In this document: piece after piece, positions 10,590 to 21,200 of the stretch | How positions within the stretch are numbered: position 1 is the stretch's first letter | Layout of the letters: every line of letters begins with the position of its first letter | Assembly: GCA_043228905.1 (NCBI GenBank) | Contig: JBHGNT010000463.1 | Span: 1-23,899, forward strand | DNA length: 23,899 bases | Reading direction: 5' to 3' | DNA from: Azolla caroliniana | Lineage: Eukaryota; Plantae; Polypodiophyta | Translations under genes and position numbers: made by a program | Notes under the pieces: model-generated | Databases searched by the model: none | What the model was told of the DNA's origin: nothing | What the model saw: the letters and a program-made list of their open reading frames with translations, nothing else

Positions 10590-10989
10590 TGTCGCACCCA
10601 TGCTACCACTCAAAGAAACATACTAGGATATGTCATGTTGAAATCCAACTTATGACTAGCATATAAGTGTGCTTAACTTTTATGACATGTGATACCAAGA
10701 ACACGAGCACAATATTAAGGAGTTCCGGCTCATTTCTCATCATCCTTCCTAATAATTTTCACATCACTATATGTCATGCCAAAGTCATATCTTTCAATAT
10801 GGGGCATAGAGCCCCATCATCGAATGATCACATACATACGAAGAAGGGAAGAGACAAGCAACAAGATAAACTTGTATATAATGACATTAGATGTTAAAGA
10901 AATAGTGAATTCATAGCAACATGTAAGACAACTTAAAAGTGAAGGGTAAAGAATACAAGTGAAGCATGTGTAAGTATGGGAGTGTTACA
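10590..10989. mobile_element. Candidate degenerate solo LTR, possibly Cassandra-like (5S-derived internal segment)
   Basis: Imperfect inverted termini TGTCGCACCCATGCT / AGTATGGGAGTGTTACA; internal AAGTGTGCTTAACTT resembles antisense 5S rRNA box A; no clean TSD. Confidence 0.35.
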
Positions 10990-11508
10990 CTTGGCTTCTC
11001 TTTTATGTATATATCAGATTTTTTAACTTAAATTGAGGTTTTCCACCAATTGGCGTTTATACTCCATAAACTTGAGGTTGGATATCAAGGGATCATGTTT
11101 TAGGAAGCCCACCTTGTATTTCTCCCAAAGGTCTCCCAAAGGGCCAACATGACTCGTCCCAACATCCCATGGAAGTTGGTGTGTTGTTTTTTTTATCTAC
11201 GACATTCAAAGGGGGATCCTTTAGTTCAATGAATATCGCCTTATGCTAGTATACCTTGGTAGTGAAAAAAATATGAAGAAGATAGGTTAGCCTCACCAAT
11301 AAAGTTTTGACAATTTGTCAAAATGTCGTAATGGTGGGGGTAGTTAGTTCCCTTCATATAGTCCAACACCTAAGACTCCCAAACCACCACATGTCATATG
11401 TCCTTATGGGTTTGTCCCCGTTCCCAAGATAATTGATTTCTCAATTATCCTACCCTTAGACCTCAATCTAGTAACTTATGATGAAATAATATGTATGCCA
11501 TAATTATT

Positions 11509-11570
11509 AGAGAGGTGTGAAAGTTGAGAACGAAGGCTTAATATTAGTAGTCTAACAACTTATCAATAAA
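11509..11570 (-). mobile_element. SINE-like family B copy (partial)
   Basis: AGAGAGGTGTGAAAGTTGAG...AAGGCTTA...GTAGTCTAACAACTTATCA is shared with 13701-13776. Confidence 0.5.
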
Positions 11571-11675
11571 TTATTTACATACACTTGAACCCATGTTTGT
11601 CGAGCTATTTATTATATGGCACTTATCAATAACAATATGGCTTAGTTTAAACCTATGCACCCCTTTCACCTTGAA

Positions 11676-11681
<6 letters not shown>

Positions 11682-11734
<53 letters not shown>
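11682..11734. repeat. (AG)n microsatellite forming the 3' tail of the LINE
   Basis: Direct reading; lies between the LINE 3' UTR and its TSD. Confidence 0.95.
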
Positions 11735-11737
<3 letters not shown>

Positions 11738-12103
11738 TCTATTATCGTCTTCGGGGGTCAAATATGACCTATGAGACCAAAATATTACATTTCACGATTG
11801 TAACATTCATTGGTAAAGTTCTTGAATATCGAGAGTCGCTACTCACTTTCACATGTATCACATTGTGGTTGTGAGAGAAATTCGTGCAAGGATTAGGCTT
11901 GGTCAAAGATGTGTGGAAAGCATGGTCGAACTGATCAAAGGCAGAGCATTGTATCCAAGGGTGATACTCAGACTCTCGAACTTGTTTAGGGCAAAGTGTG
12001 CATAGTTGACCACTCTCATCACTTGAGCCTCAAAGCTTTGTCTCATATCAAAATGCATGGAAGCAATGGTTCAAGTAGAAAATAATGGGATGGGCTCTAA
12101 CGT

Positions 12104-12889
12104 TGTCGTGAAGATTTTCAGCAACGGTGTGAAAATCACGTGGAACGAGGAAAGTCGAGAAGGTGCAATATGCACATGTAGGGAAGGGGTGATGGTTAAT
12201 GTGCACGTGTGATGTGTGTTTAGGTGTTCATTACACAAATATATATAATAAGCCTAACGCATAAAATGAGGTACAAGTAAAGGTTTGAACCTTACACCTC
12301 TAAGATAAGAGGCAATTGACATACCATTAGATTAGGTTATTTCGTTTAAAACTTGTTTTCTTCATTGTACTTTGCACACGAATTGTTGGTACATGAGAGC
12401 TTGCATGAGGTACATGGTCATCATGCATTGCATGTGATGCATGATTGCCATTTGGCGCTCATGGATCACATGCATTTCATGCATTGTATGCATGTACTAC
12501 TCCCTCACATGCACATATACATGGGGGCATCTATATAAGAAGGAGAGGAAGGGAAAGGAAATTAGACAATGTATGCAATCAATAATAATTAATAAGTTCT
12601 AGTTATCTCATTGGCAAGGTGTCTTTTATCTCAATTTTGAAGTCAAAGGTTCAAACCGGGAATAGGAATTCCCACTTGTATCTATCTATCAATTTATCTT
12701 TAATACTTCTCGCTTGCGCTAGTCCTTCCGTTGTTTCATTGCTTGCGCTAATCCTTCCGCGGTTCCGTTATCTTGAACAATCCCATCATCAATCCTCCAT
12801 AACCACTAGCGGATAGAGGCCCGGTGCTTGTACGCGCTTGTGACGCACACATCACGACGTTTGGCACGTATGTCATGCGCCACACGACA
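12104..12889. mobile_element. Solo LTR (786 bp) nested in the LINE
   Basis: Termini TGTCGTG...CACGACA (perfect 7-bp inverted repeat, TG..CA) flanked by ACGT on both sides (12100-12103, 12890-12893). Internal TATA-like CTATATAAG at 12531. Removing it rejoins the LINE reading Y-T-LEPIPL. Confidence 0.75.
12268..12340 (-). mobile_element. tRNA-derived SINE-like head inside the solo LTR
   Basis: A-box-like TAATCTAATGG and B-box GGTTCAAACC with tRNA-like spacing on the minus strand; no intact cloverleaf. Confidence 0.45.
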
Positions 12890-13613
12890 ACGTGTATCGC
12901 CTCCGCCACATTTGTCCCATGTCATGATACATTGTTGTTGCAAAAAGGCCTCATTTATAGAGGAATCTAGTGATACATCATGAAGCAAGTGTGCTACATC
13001 CTCTACCAAACCATTTTTCTATATCTTGCATCCAACTGGAATACAAAATTTTGCTTTTATGCGACTTTTAGATCTTTTTGCTTGCATCCCATGCAATTCT
13101 AAGAAGTCGATGTGGGGGACTTTTTTGAATCTTAAGCATGTATTCAACAACCCTTTCCATGCCCATGATTTGAATGGGAAGTGATCCTGTCTCAAGGAGG
13201 AGGGTGTATGGCATTTGTTTCTTAACTTGTAGAAACTTTGTAAGAAAATATTTTTGGTCATTTTCAAACTCTTTCCAAGTAGATTTGAAGATGTTACCAC
13301 CCTATACTTCCACCCCCTATAGAGAAGCACCAGTGTCACCAAAGTGTCGAAAAGGTATTTCTTGAGGACCCAACACTTAATATCTCCATGATTGCATGTG
13401 TTCTCAAATGCATAATATGCTCGTTTTCCCGCCTTTAAGAGGCATGTAGCACAATCATTCCATCTACGATTTGAAGGAACTTCAAGGCCAATATATTTGA
13501 AGTTTTCCACACATTCAAGTGTCTCATTATTGTACATAATGCATGGTTTATCTTTTTTTGGGCTCTTCACAAACATAATCTTTGTTTTAGAGATTTCACA
13601 CTAAAGTCACCAT

Positions 13614-13686
13614 ATGGTTGTAGCTTAGTTGGTAAAGTTGTTCGGCAGAGGCAACAAGGTCATGTATTCAACCACTACATTCCACA
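13614..13686 (+). mobile_element. tRNA-derived SINE-like element, family A copy 1
   Basis: A-box TAGCTTAGTTGG, degenerate B-box, tail CTACATTCCACA; homologous to 15263-15334 (+) and 17814-17859 (-). Confidence 0.6.
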
Positions 13687-13700
13687 ATTAAAGGAAAAAA

Positions 13701-13776
13701 AGAGAGGTATGGTAGTTGAGCCTTTAACCTAAGGCTTAGACTTGGTAGTCTAACAATTTATCACTAAGGTAAGGTA
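13701..13776 (-). mobile_element. SINE-like family B copy
   Basis: AGAGAGGT..AGTTG...TAACAATTTATCACTAAGGTAAGGTA matches the reverse complement of 17695-17771. Confidence 0.55.
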
Positions 13777-14524
13777 CTTACGCAAAGAGAGCATATCCCA
13801 CCCATTTAACAGTGACAACACTCAACTATAGTGCCGTTGTAGTGTTTTTCACGGACAATTATTAATATAAGTGTGTGTTTTCACCAAGCGAGAGATTTTG
13901 CTCACAAAGCTAAAGCGTTACATGGAGTACCACAAATACATAAGTAGAAAGGAAAATTGATTTTGAAGCTATGACAATTAAGCTCTTACAATATCTTAGA
14001 ATGTTTACCATGCCATATATCCTCATTATTATAGGGATAGCATGAGTTTATTTGTATTGTCAAGTTGTTTATATGTATATTATATATATATATACAACTT
14101 TAATTAGGCGGAGAGATAATGCAATTTGTATTTGCAGGAAAAAAAGAATGCATTTTGTAATATGGTTCCCTAGTCCCCTCCTTATTCTTCTTGGGGTTCC
14201 AATGGGATTATGGGAGTGGTAAGAGATGTTTGGTAGCACTTGGTAGCACATGGGAACTGGAAATTCGAAAGTGAAGGTAGACCCCCTCCCCCCTCCGTTG
14301 CTCCTTAAAGAAGGAAGATGAGTTTAACCAAAAGACAAAAGGGGAATCGTGAAGATGTGGGTGTGGGTGTGCTTTTGTTTATTTAATTGAAACTAGCACA
14401 AATATATATTGAGAATTATCACCACGCAAGTTAGATAATGATGGAGGAGTGTTGATGAATGATGTAGAGGAACTCTCTTGGATTTTGGAACACAAAGCAT
14501 TTATAGGTTATGATGTATGATGGG

Positions 14525-14567
14525 TGTTGTTGTTGTTGTTGATGATGATGATGACGATGATGATGAC
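14525..14567. repeat. Compound (TGT)n(GAT)n microsatellite in the CAD promoter
   Basis: Direct reading. Confidence 0.9.
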
Positions 14568-14712
14568 GTAGAGGCTCATGAGAATCCCCATATAGATTAC
14601 TAAACTTATGTAGTGGGGTTAGGCATAATAATGTGTCCCACATGTTGTGTTTTGCTTGGTGGGAAAGTAGCTTTAATCAGAAGAGAAAAAATGATAAGAG
14701 GAAAGGGTACAT

Positions 14713-14718
14713 TATAAA
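14713..14718 (+). promoter_or_regulatory. Candidate TATA box of CAD
   Basis: TATAAA about 130 nt upstream of the ATG and upstream of a pyrimidine-rich leader; TSS unknown. Confidence 0.4.
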
Positions 14719-14780
14719 GAAAAAAAATGAAGTTACTCCATTCATTTGAATTCATTCATACACCATTTTAATCCCTCATA

Positions 14781-14783
<3 letters not shown>

Positions 14784-14833
<50 letters not shown>
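14784..14833. repeat. (TC)n microsatellite in the CAD 5' leader
   Basis: Direct reading; ends 10 nt before the ATG. Confidence 0.95.
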
Positions 14834-14837
<4 letters not shown>

Positions 14838-14843
14838 GCCACG

Positions 14844-14920
14844 ATGGAAGGCATAACTGCAATTGGTTGGGCAGCCAAAGATAAATCTGGCACTCTTGAA
14901 AAATTCAAGTTCAAGCTCAG
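14844..14920 (+). CDS. CAD: CAD exon 1 ([26 protein letters not shown])
   Basis: ATG at 14844; GWAAKD.SG.L N-terminal CAD motif; donor CAG|GTTTGT, phase 2. Confidence 0.93.
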
Positions 14921-17628
14921 GTTTGTCTACATCTATCTCTCACTTTTCATGGAAATTTATAAAAAAAACCTATTGAACCCAACCCCTCACCAACATTTTA
15001 ACATTAAGATAAGGCTTCTAGTTAATCCCATTAATTGCACTCTAAGCTCTAAGGTAATGTTACGATGCATTCACAAGAGAGTGAGGAGAGATATCATGTA
15101 GTTTCAATATAAACACTAGTCTGACATACAATTTGAAGAGAGAGAGGAGGATGACATTGTTAATGTATATTATTTTTAGCAATGGTTTCGTGCCTAAATA
15201 GAGAGAAATGGTTAGTGTGTCCAACGTGGAGAATTTGTGTTAGGTTGGTGCATGGGTTGAAAGAGATATAGCCCTATTAGTAACATTGGTCGATGGAGAT
15301 TGCAAAATCATGCATTCGACCCCCACATTCCATAATAATATTTACTAATTTAGTTTGGTTAGATTTGTGTGTGTGTGTGTGTGTGTGTCTCAAATGAAAA
15401 TGTAGCAATTGATATCCCTTGGTAAGGTTTTTCTATTGGAAACTAAAAAGTCATGGCAACATGCAGCGCAATTGATCAAGTTGTGAGTCACAACCTCAAA
15501 GGTTATGTTGCGACTCAAATCTCATGTCTTTCAGTCCCTACATTTTGCATTGCATCAAGTAATTTTTTTTTTTTAAATTAAAAGAAAGATACACTTAGTA
15601 TATTACTTGAGAAATGTACATAGAGAAAACATAAGGAGACATTTCATCTCACTTCTATTGTGATACAAAGGCCAATACTAACATATGATCAAACAGATGA
15701 TATCATATAAGAAACAGGTGGAGCAAAAACTAGGAGTTATGCAATTGCATCAAGTAAATTAGTGTAATGGGTCCCGTGTTCAACACCTACATTATTTATG
15801 GAGTCTAATAAATTAGTGTAGTTAGTGAGGTTTTGAATCTGTGTATGGGTGAATAAAAATATACCATACAAGACTCTCAAAACAATATATCCTTGCCATG
15901 TGGTGTTGAGGAGTGGCTTTTGTCTTAATGGCTTCCGTATTACAATAAATCACAAGAGACTTTACTAAAGTGTTTATAAGAACAAGGGTTGCACCTAGCG
16001 ATAGAGGTAAGGATAGAATGACACACTTGCCCCAATATTTGCGATAGGATGGGGCAAGTGACGCTTTGATACTAAAACACAAACATCAATCAATCAAGCA
16101 TTGAAATTTGGAATAATTGGAAGTAATGTTGCATGATCTACAACTTGAGGTTATTACCCTCTTCCGATGCTTCCCTCTATTGTCTAGTATCTCTTGCTTA
16201 TGACCCTAGACTACTTGAAATTCTTTTTTCCCAATATTATTGTCTGAAGTGTGCTAAAAAAAGCCCTTTGTCAATTTCATTATTAAGAAATATAGAATTC
16301 AATGGCAAATTAGAGTTCTTCACATACATTTCTCAATGTTATGTTGCAATTGATAAGTGCAATGTGTGTAAACATAGGTTTCAAAGGTAGCAAAGTGAAA
16401 ATGGGAGAGAGTTAACGAGGAAGGAATGGGGATGGACAAGCAAGTCTACAAATGTGAATTTGCAAAGTGTGTCCATATTGGGTGAGAGTGGAGGAGAAAT
16501 AATGAGGAGGGAAGGGAGAGAACGTGCGGAGGGAAAGAGTGTCAAAATGTGAAAGGAAGAAAAAGACAAATTGGGAGAGAAATTCATAGAGGAAAGTATC
16601 ATCATTGCATTGAGACCACTAACATATAACTTTTTTTAAGATGTGACGTAAAAGTATTTTGATGATATTATTATCATATGCCCGATTAGTGGGGTAAACC
16701 TCTATCAATCTTGGGTGATTCACTAGAGTAATCATTGATTCTCCAAAAAGGAGAAATGGGTAGGTTCCTTAAAGATGATCATCAATTGAAATCATGCTTC
16801 CTAACAAGGTTTCACTCCACATCATCCCATGGATTCTAGGCCAAATTGTATCGTTGAAGTAATACAAATAAATTGTTGCTTTACCAACCACAAAATCTAC
16901 GTGACACATTTTGCTATAAATCAAATGTGAGTGGAATGTTAAAACCAACTAAAGTCTGAATATCATGGTTTAACATTCTTGCTTTGTACCTCGAAAAATA
17001 AGGCCAAGTTGGGTATATTGAACCTTAATTATCCATCCAATACCTTGCATATTATCTTTTAGTTGCAAGTTGGGTATGAGCTCACGCATTTACTGTAGCT
17101 AGATGAGAAATATGACCACAAAGCCTTTCTTGGATGGGAAGTTGTCTTATGTTGCCAACTCTAATCCAACACACCCTAAGGGAAATGCAAAACTTCTCGC
17201 CTTGTATTTTATTTTCTCTCTCTCATGTGTCTATTAAAACTATCAATAAAAAAAGGCATGTCATCTCTTTCTCCCTATAACGTTTCTACCAAGGAACCAA
17301 AAAGACACTTCAAAGTTCATTCTTCTTCCTCAACCTAATGTGGAGGGGTTTTTCTAAAAATGTTGAACTTCAAACTAAATTGCCTAACCAATCTTTGCCG
17401 CATTTATATTATCAAGCTATTTTTATGCAATGTCCATTTCCAAAATTATTTTTTTCTCACACACATCTAGATTTTTTGGCCTTAAATTTTCCCTTTGTGC
17501 CAAATGCAGATCAATTGGACCTGATGACCTTCTTATCAAGGTGCTTTTCTGTGGCATTTGTCACACTGACCTTCATCAACTTCGTGACGATTACGGAATG
17601 TCCCACTACCCGATGATTGCAGGGTCAG

Positions 17629-17687
<59 letters not shown>

Positions 17688-17864
17688 TTGTAATTACCTT
17701 ACGCTAGTGGTAAGTTGTTAACATTACAAGCACTACGTTTTGGGTTCGAAACCCAACTTTCTCACCTCTCTATTATATACTTCTTATATATCTCTTAATT
17801 CACCAGATGCCACTGTGGAATGTAGGGGTTCAACCCATGACCAACTGAGCTACATCCATCTGGG

Positions 17865-17903
<39 letters not shown>

Positions 17904-18188
17904 GTAAAAGCACACAATTATATAATTGTATGTAAAATCCACTTGTTACAAGCCTTCGTAGACTCCTCTACCTACCTATCCTATGTAGGGAGAGGGATCT
18001 CTTGTAACACCATTAGAAAACCTGAATATGCATTTGAGGGAATGGATCCCCACATGCTCTAACATCAAGAAATTCCAAATAATAATACCTTTCAACTTCA
18101 TCATATAGGATTTGATCCCATGTTTAGTATCAAACATGAAAGCATTACGCATATATCCAATTGTGTTGCAATTCCCAATATCGTAAAA

Positions 18189-18221
<33 letters not shown>

Positions 18222-21200
18222 AACTAAAATTATCATAATTGAAAACAATGGTTTGTTGTGGGTTAATATGTTATTGGATACATGAGCTAAAAATGTATGT
18301 TTCCCTTTGTTGAATCATGTAGACATGAAGTTACAGGTTTGGTGAGTGGGATAGGGGAGAACTTGAAAGACACATTTAGAGAAGGAGATCGAGTGGGAGT
18401 GGGTTGCATTGTGGGCTCATGTGGGCATTGTAATGCGTGTGGACAAAGCATGGAACAATATTGTAACCAAAGGAAATGGACTTATAATGATATTTATTAT
18501 GATGGGCATCCAACACAAGGGGGATTCGCAAATTACATGGTTGCCAACCATAGGTAAGGTATTTAGAATATTTGATTTAACAGGTTACACATACATTTCT
18601 ATTAAATTCTTATATGTATCATTGACTAATATTTATAGATGCTATGATAGTTATCTCTTCACCCTTAGGTCTAGAAAAGTAAAAAGTTGAATGAGTGTTG
18701 TAACTCCGAATATCCAAGGTAGTAGAATATTTCATATGTTTCATGTATGATAGAACTAACTCATATTGATTAATGTGTCCACACTTTATAAAAACATCTA
18801 CTAAAATATATTTCTACCTTGAATTAAGGCCACAACAAAGTTTTAGGCATAGTATGTACTATGAACCATACATACCATACTTGCATTCGCATTCCAATAT
18901 GTTTTGATCATTCGAGTATGGTAACACCATACTTTTGTATTCATTTTTTATTATAAGGTAAAACTTTTTTCAAAGTAAAAAAGTGAGAGAAAAAAAAATT
19001 AACGTAAAAAAGAACATAAGTATGTTTTCATAACATACGCATTCGTTTGCAAACGTATGAAAACGAATGTTTGAATAGAAGAATGTGAATATTACGTTGT
19101 ATGGTTTTAGACATTAGAGACAAAGATGTAGTTTCATAGGAACATTATTAGAAAATTGATATTAGCTAACTCATTTTTATCAAAACTCATAATTGGGGTA
19201 AGATATTATCTACATGTTATTTCTTGGATAACAATTTTGCTACATTTTATAATAAAAATTCTTTACGCAGGTTCGTGGTACGCATCCCAGATGGGATGCC
19301 AATGGATGAGGCTGCACCATTATTATGTGCAGGCGTCACAGTCTATAGTCCCATGAAGTTTTACGGCATGACCACAACGCCTACGATGAAGAGGTGTGGT
19401 GTGGTGGGCTTAGGTGGTGTAGGACACATGGCTGTCAAGTTTGCTAAAGCCCTTGGTCTCCATGTCACTGTCATTAGCTCCTCTCCCTCGAAAGAGATTG
19501 AAGCTCGAGAAGTCCTAGGTGCGGACAATTTCCTTGTTAGCACTAACCATCAAGCCATGAAGGTAATAATTGTTGTTACTTATTATACTAGCTTTATAAA
19601 CTATAATTTTGGATCTTCAAGGAATTTAACTATGACTTTCTTATTAGGGAAAGTGTTACGAGCATAACCATAACTTATCTGTGGTAGTTTGTATTGTTGT
19701 TTTCTACACACGAGCATAAGTGTGTGAGGATTAATCGTGAATGTAAAGAGGGGAGGATTACTTTTAATCCTAGGGATTGAGACAATCCTTAAGAGCCAAG
19801 TGTGCACTTACCTACAGACCTTGGGGTCTACCTATAAATATTAGGCATAACTATCCTAATTGGGGATTATTTTGACTATGTCAAGGTTACGACCTTTTTT
19901 GTGGTGAACATACACTTGTTGCCGACGCATGCCAATACCATGTACAACTCGAAGCCCGTTGTGGTGATATGGGATGCCATTCAAGGCTTGAGTCCATCTT
20001 AATCCCTTCACTTGAGAGAGGTTGGGTGGATCAACACCCTTCTTTCTCTCTCAGTCTCTTCATTTTTTTTATATGTTTCCTTATTTTTATACTTACATTA
20101 GAATGTATCTCTAATAGGAAGAAGGGAAAGAAATGATATTTTCATAGTACGAAGCATAGAATTGATATTATTCATTTATTGGGGAAGGATATGTTTTGAT
20201 ATCACCTTGGTCCTTCAGTTTCTCTCTCACAAAGTGTTGTTACACAGAGTAGCATGTTATATAGAAATCATATAGATGTTATTATAGAAATAATATAAAG
20301 ATAAATAAGAGAAAACTCCCTAGAAAACGTAATGGCAATAAAAAATTGTCCTTCAACCATCATTTATTTGACGAGGAGTGGAAACACTTCAATGTATACA
20401 AGCCGTATGGTAAGGAAATGTATTATTATGACGTGAACTCATTATACCCTTACATGATGACAAAACATATGCGAGGGGTAAAACTTGTATGGAGACTTGT
20501 CGTGCAATGATATGGAGCATCTATTTGGCTGCTTTGTGGAAATGAATGGTCTCATACAATTAAAATACCATTTCTACCCAATAAAGATAATAACAAAGGA
20601 ACATATTTCCTACAAGGACGTTTAGAGAAGGTCATTAAGTTTTTGAAAAATCAAAGACATTCGTATCAAAGCATTCAAAAAGAAGTGTATCAACTTTCAA
20701 GTTGCAAACTCTAGTCCTTTGGAATGTCTTACGAAGTGGGCCAATTTCCAACCATCCTTTGTCCAAGGAATGTTGTACTGGATGGGAGTGTTGGGATAAA
20801 GATGAACAATCCATTGAGTTCTCTCTGACATTGGGATAATCATGTTCATTGTAGTTGTACTATGGTTATCAAAAGTAAACATAAGTGTATAATGCCTCTA
20901 GCTGCTTTAATTCATTTTCATGAAAAGAAGAAGAAGTAAATGTAAGTCCCAGAATATCAAACTCTCAAAGAAATTGCTAATTTAGGGCAATACAAATCGC
21001 ATATATAACCGTTGAGATGTATTATATGCCTACTCTTAGTCCTTGATCCCATCAAGATTCTAAATTCAAGGCACACAATTTAGGCTCTTCATCCACTATC
21101 CTTCCTGCTCTACTAAATTGAATGGCAAAAATGGGCTTTGATAATATGCAACATGAAAGAAAACAATCCTGAATTGTTCTAAAAACTACAAAAGGAAGTG

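Larger units (their letters stand above)
11682..13603 (-). mobile_element. 5'-truncated, degenerate non-LTR retrotransposon (LINE) ORF2 3' part with (TC)n tail, interrupted by a solo LTR
   Basis: Minus-strand peptides SKTKIMFV, LECVENFKYIG (RT C-terminal/thumb region), LFDTLVTLVLLY, LLETGSLPI and WMQDIEKWF. After the insertion: LEPIPL and the CCHC knuckle CTLCPKQVRESEYHPWIQC. Contains frameshifts and stops. Direct repeat AAGTCAC at 11674-11680 and 13604-13610 (TSD). Confidence 0.85.

Noticed and set aside
11593-11874. 93-aa ORF with an (ER)n repeat
   Set aside because: Artefact of the (AG)n LINE tail plus antisense or inverted LINE sequence.
12353-12538. His/Met-rich 61-aa ORF resembling a metal-binding peptide
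   Set aside because: Non-ATG start; composition follows from CATG/TGCA low complexity inside a solo LTR.
13614-13686. Functional tRNA genes at the A/B-box elements (also 12268-12340, 17695-17771, ~1670-1740)
   Set aside because: None folds into a complete cloverleaf with a paired acceptor stem; treated as SINE-like remnants.
14431-14643. ORF with poly-His/poly-Gln
   Set aside because: Produced by the compound trinucleotide microsatellite in the CAD promoter.
14220-14660. AC-element/SMRE MYB sites in the CAD promoter
   Set aside because: Only isolated short matches (for example GTTTGGT near 14228), which are expected by chance.
15822-16900. Short ORFs in CAD intron 1
   Set aside because: No recognisable domains or splice-consistent structure; probably degraded repeats.
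19654-20036. LTR-like stretch in CAD intron 4 (TG..CA, CTATAAATA)
   Set aside because: No convincing terminal inverted repeat or TSD; boundaries are arbitrary.
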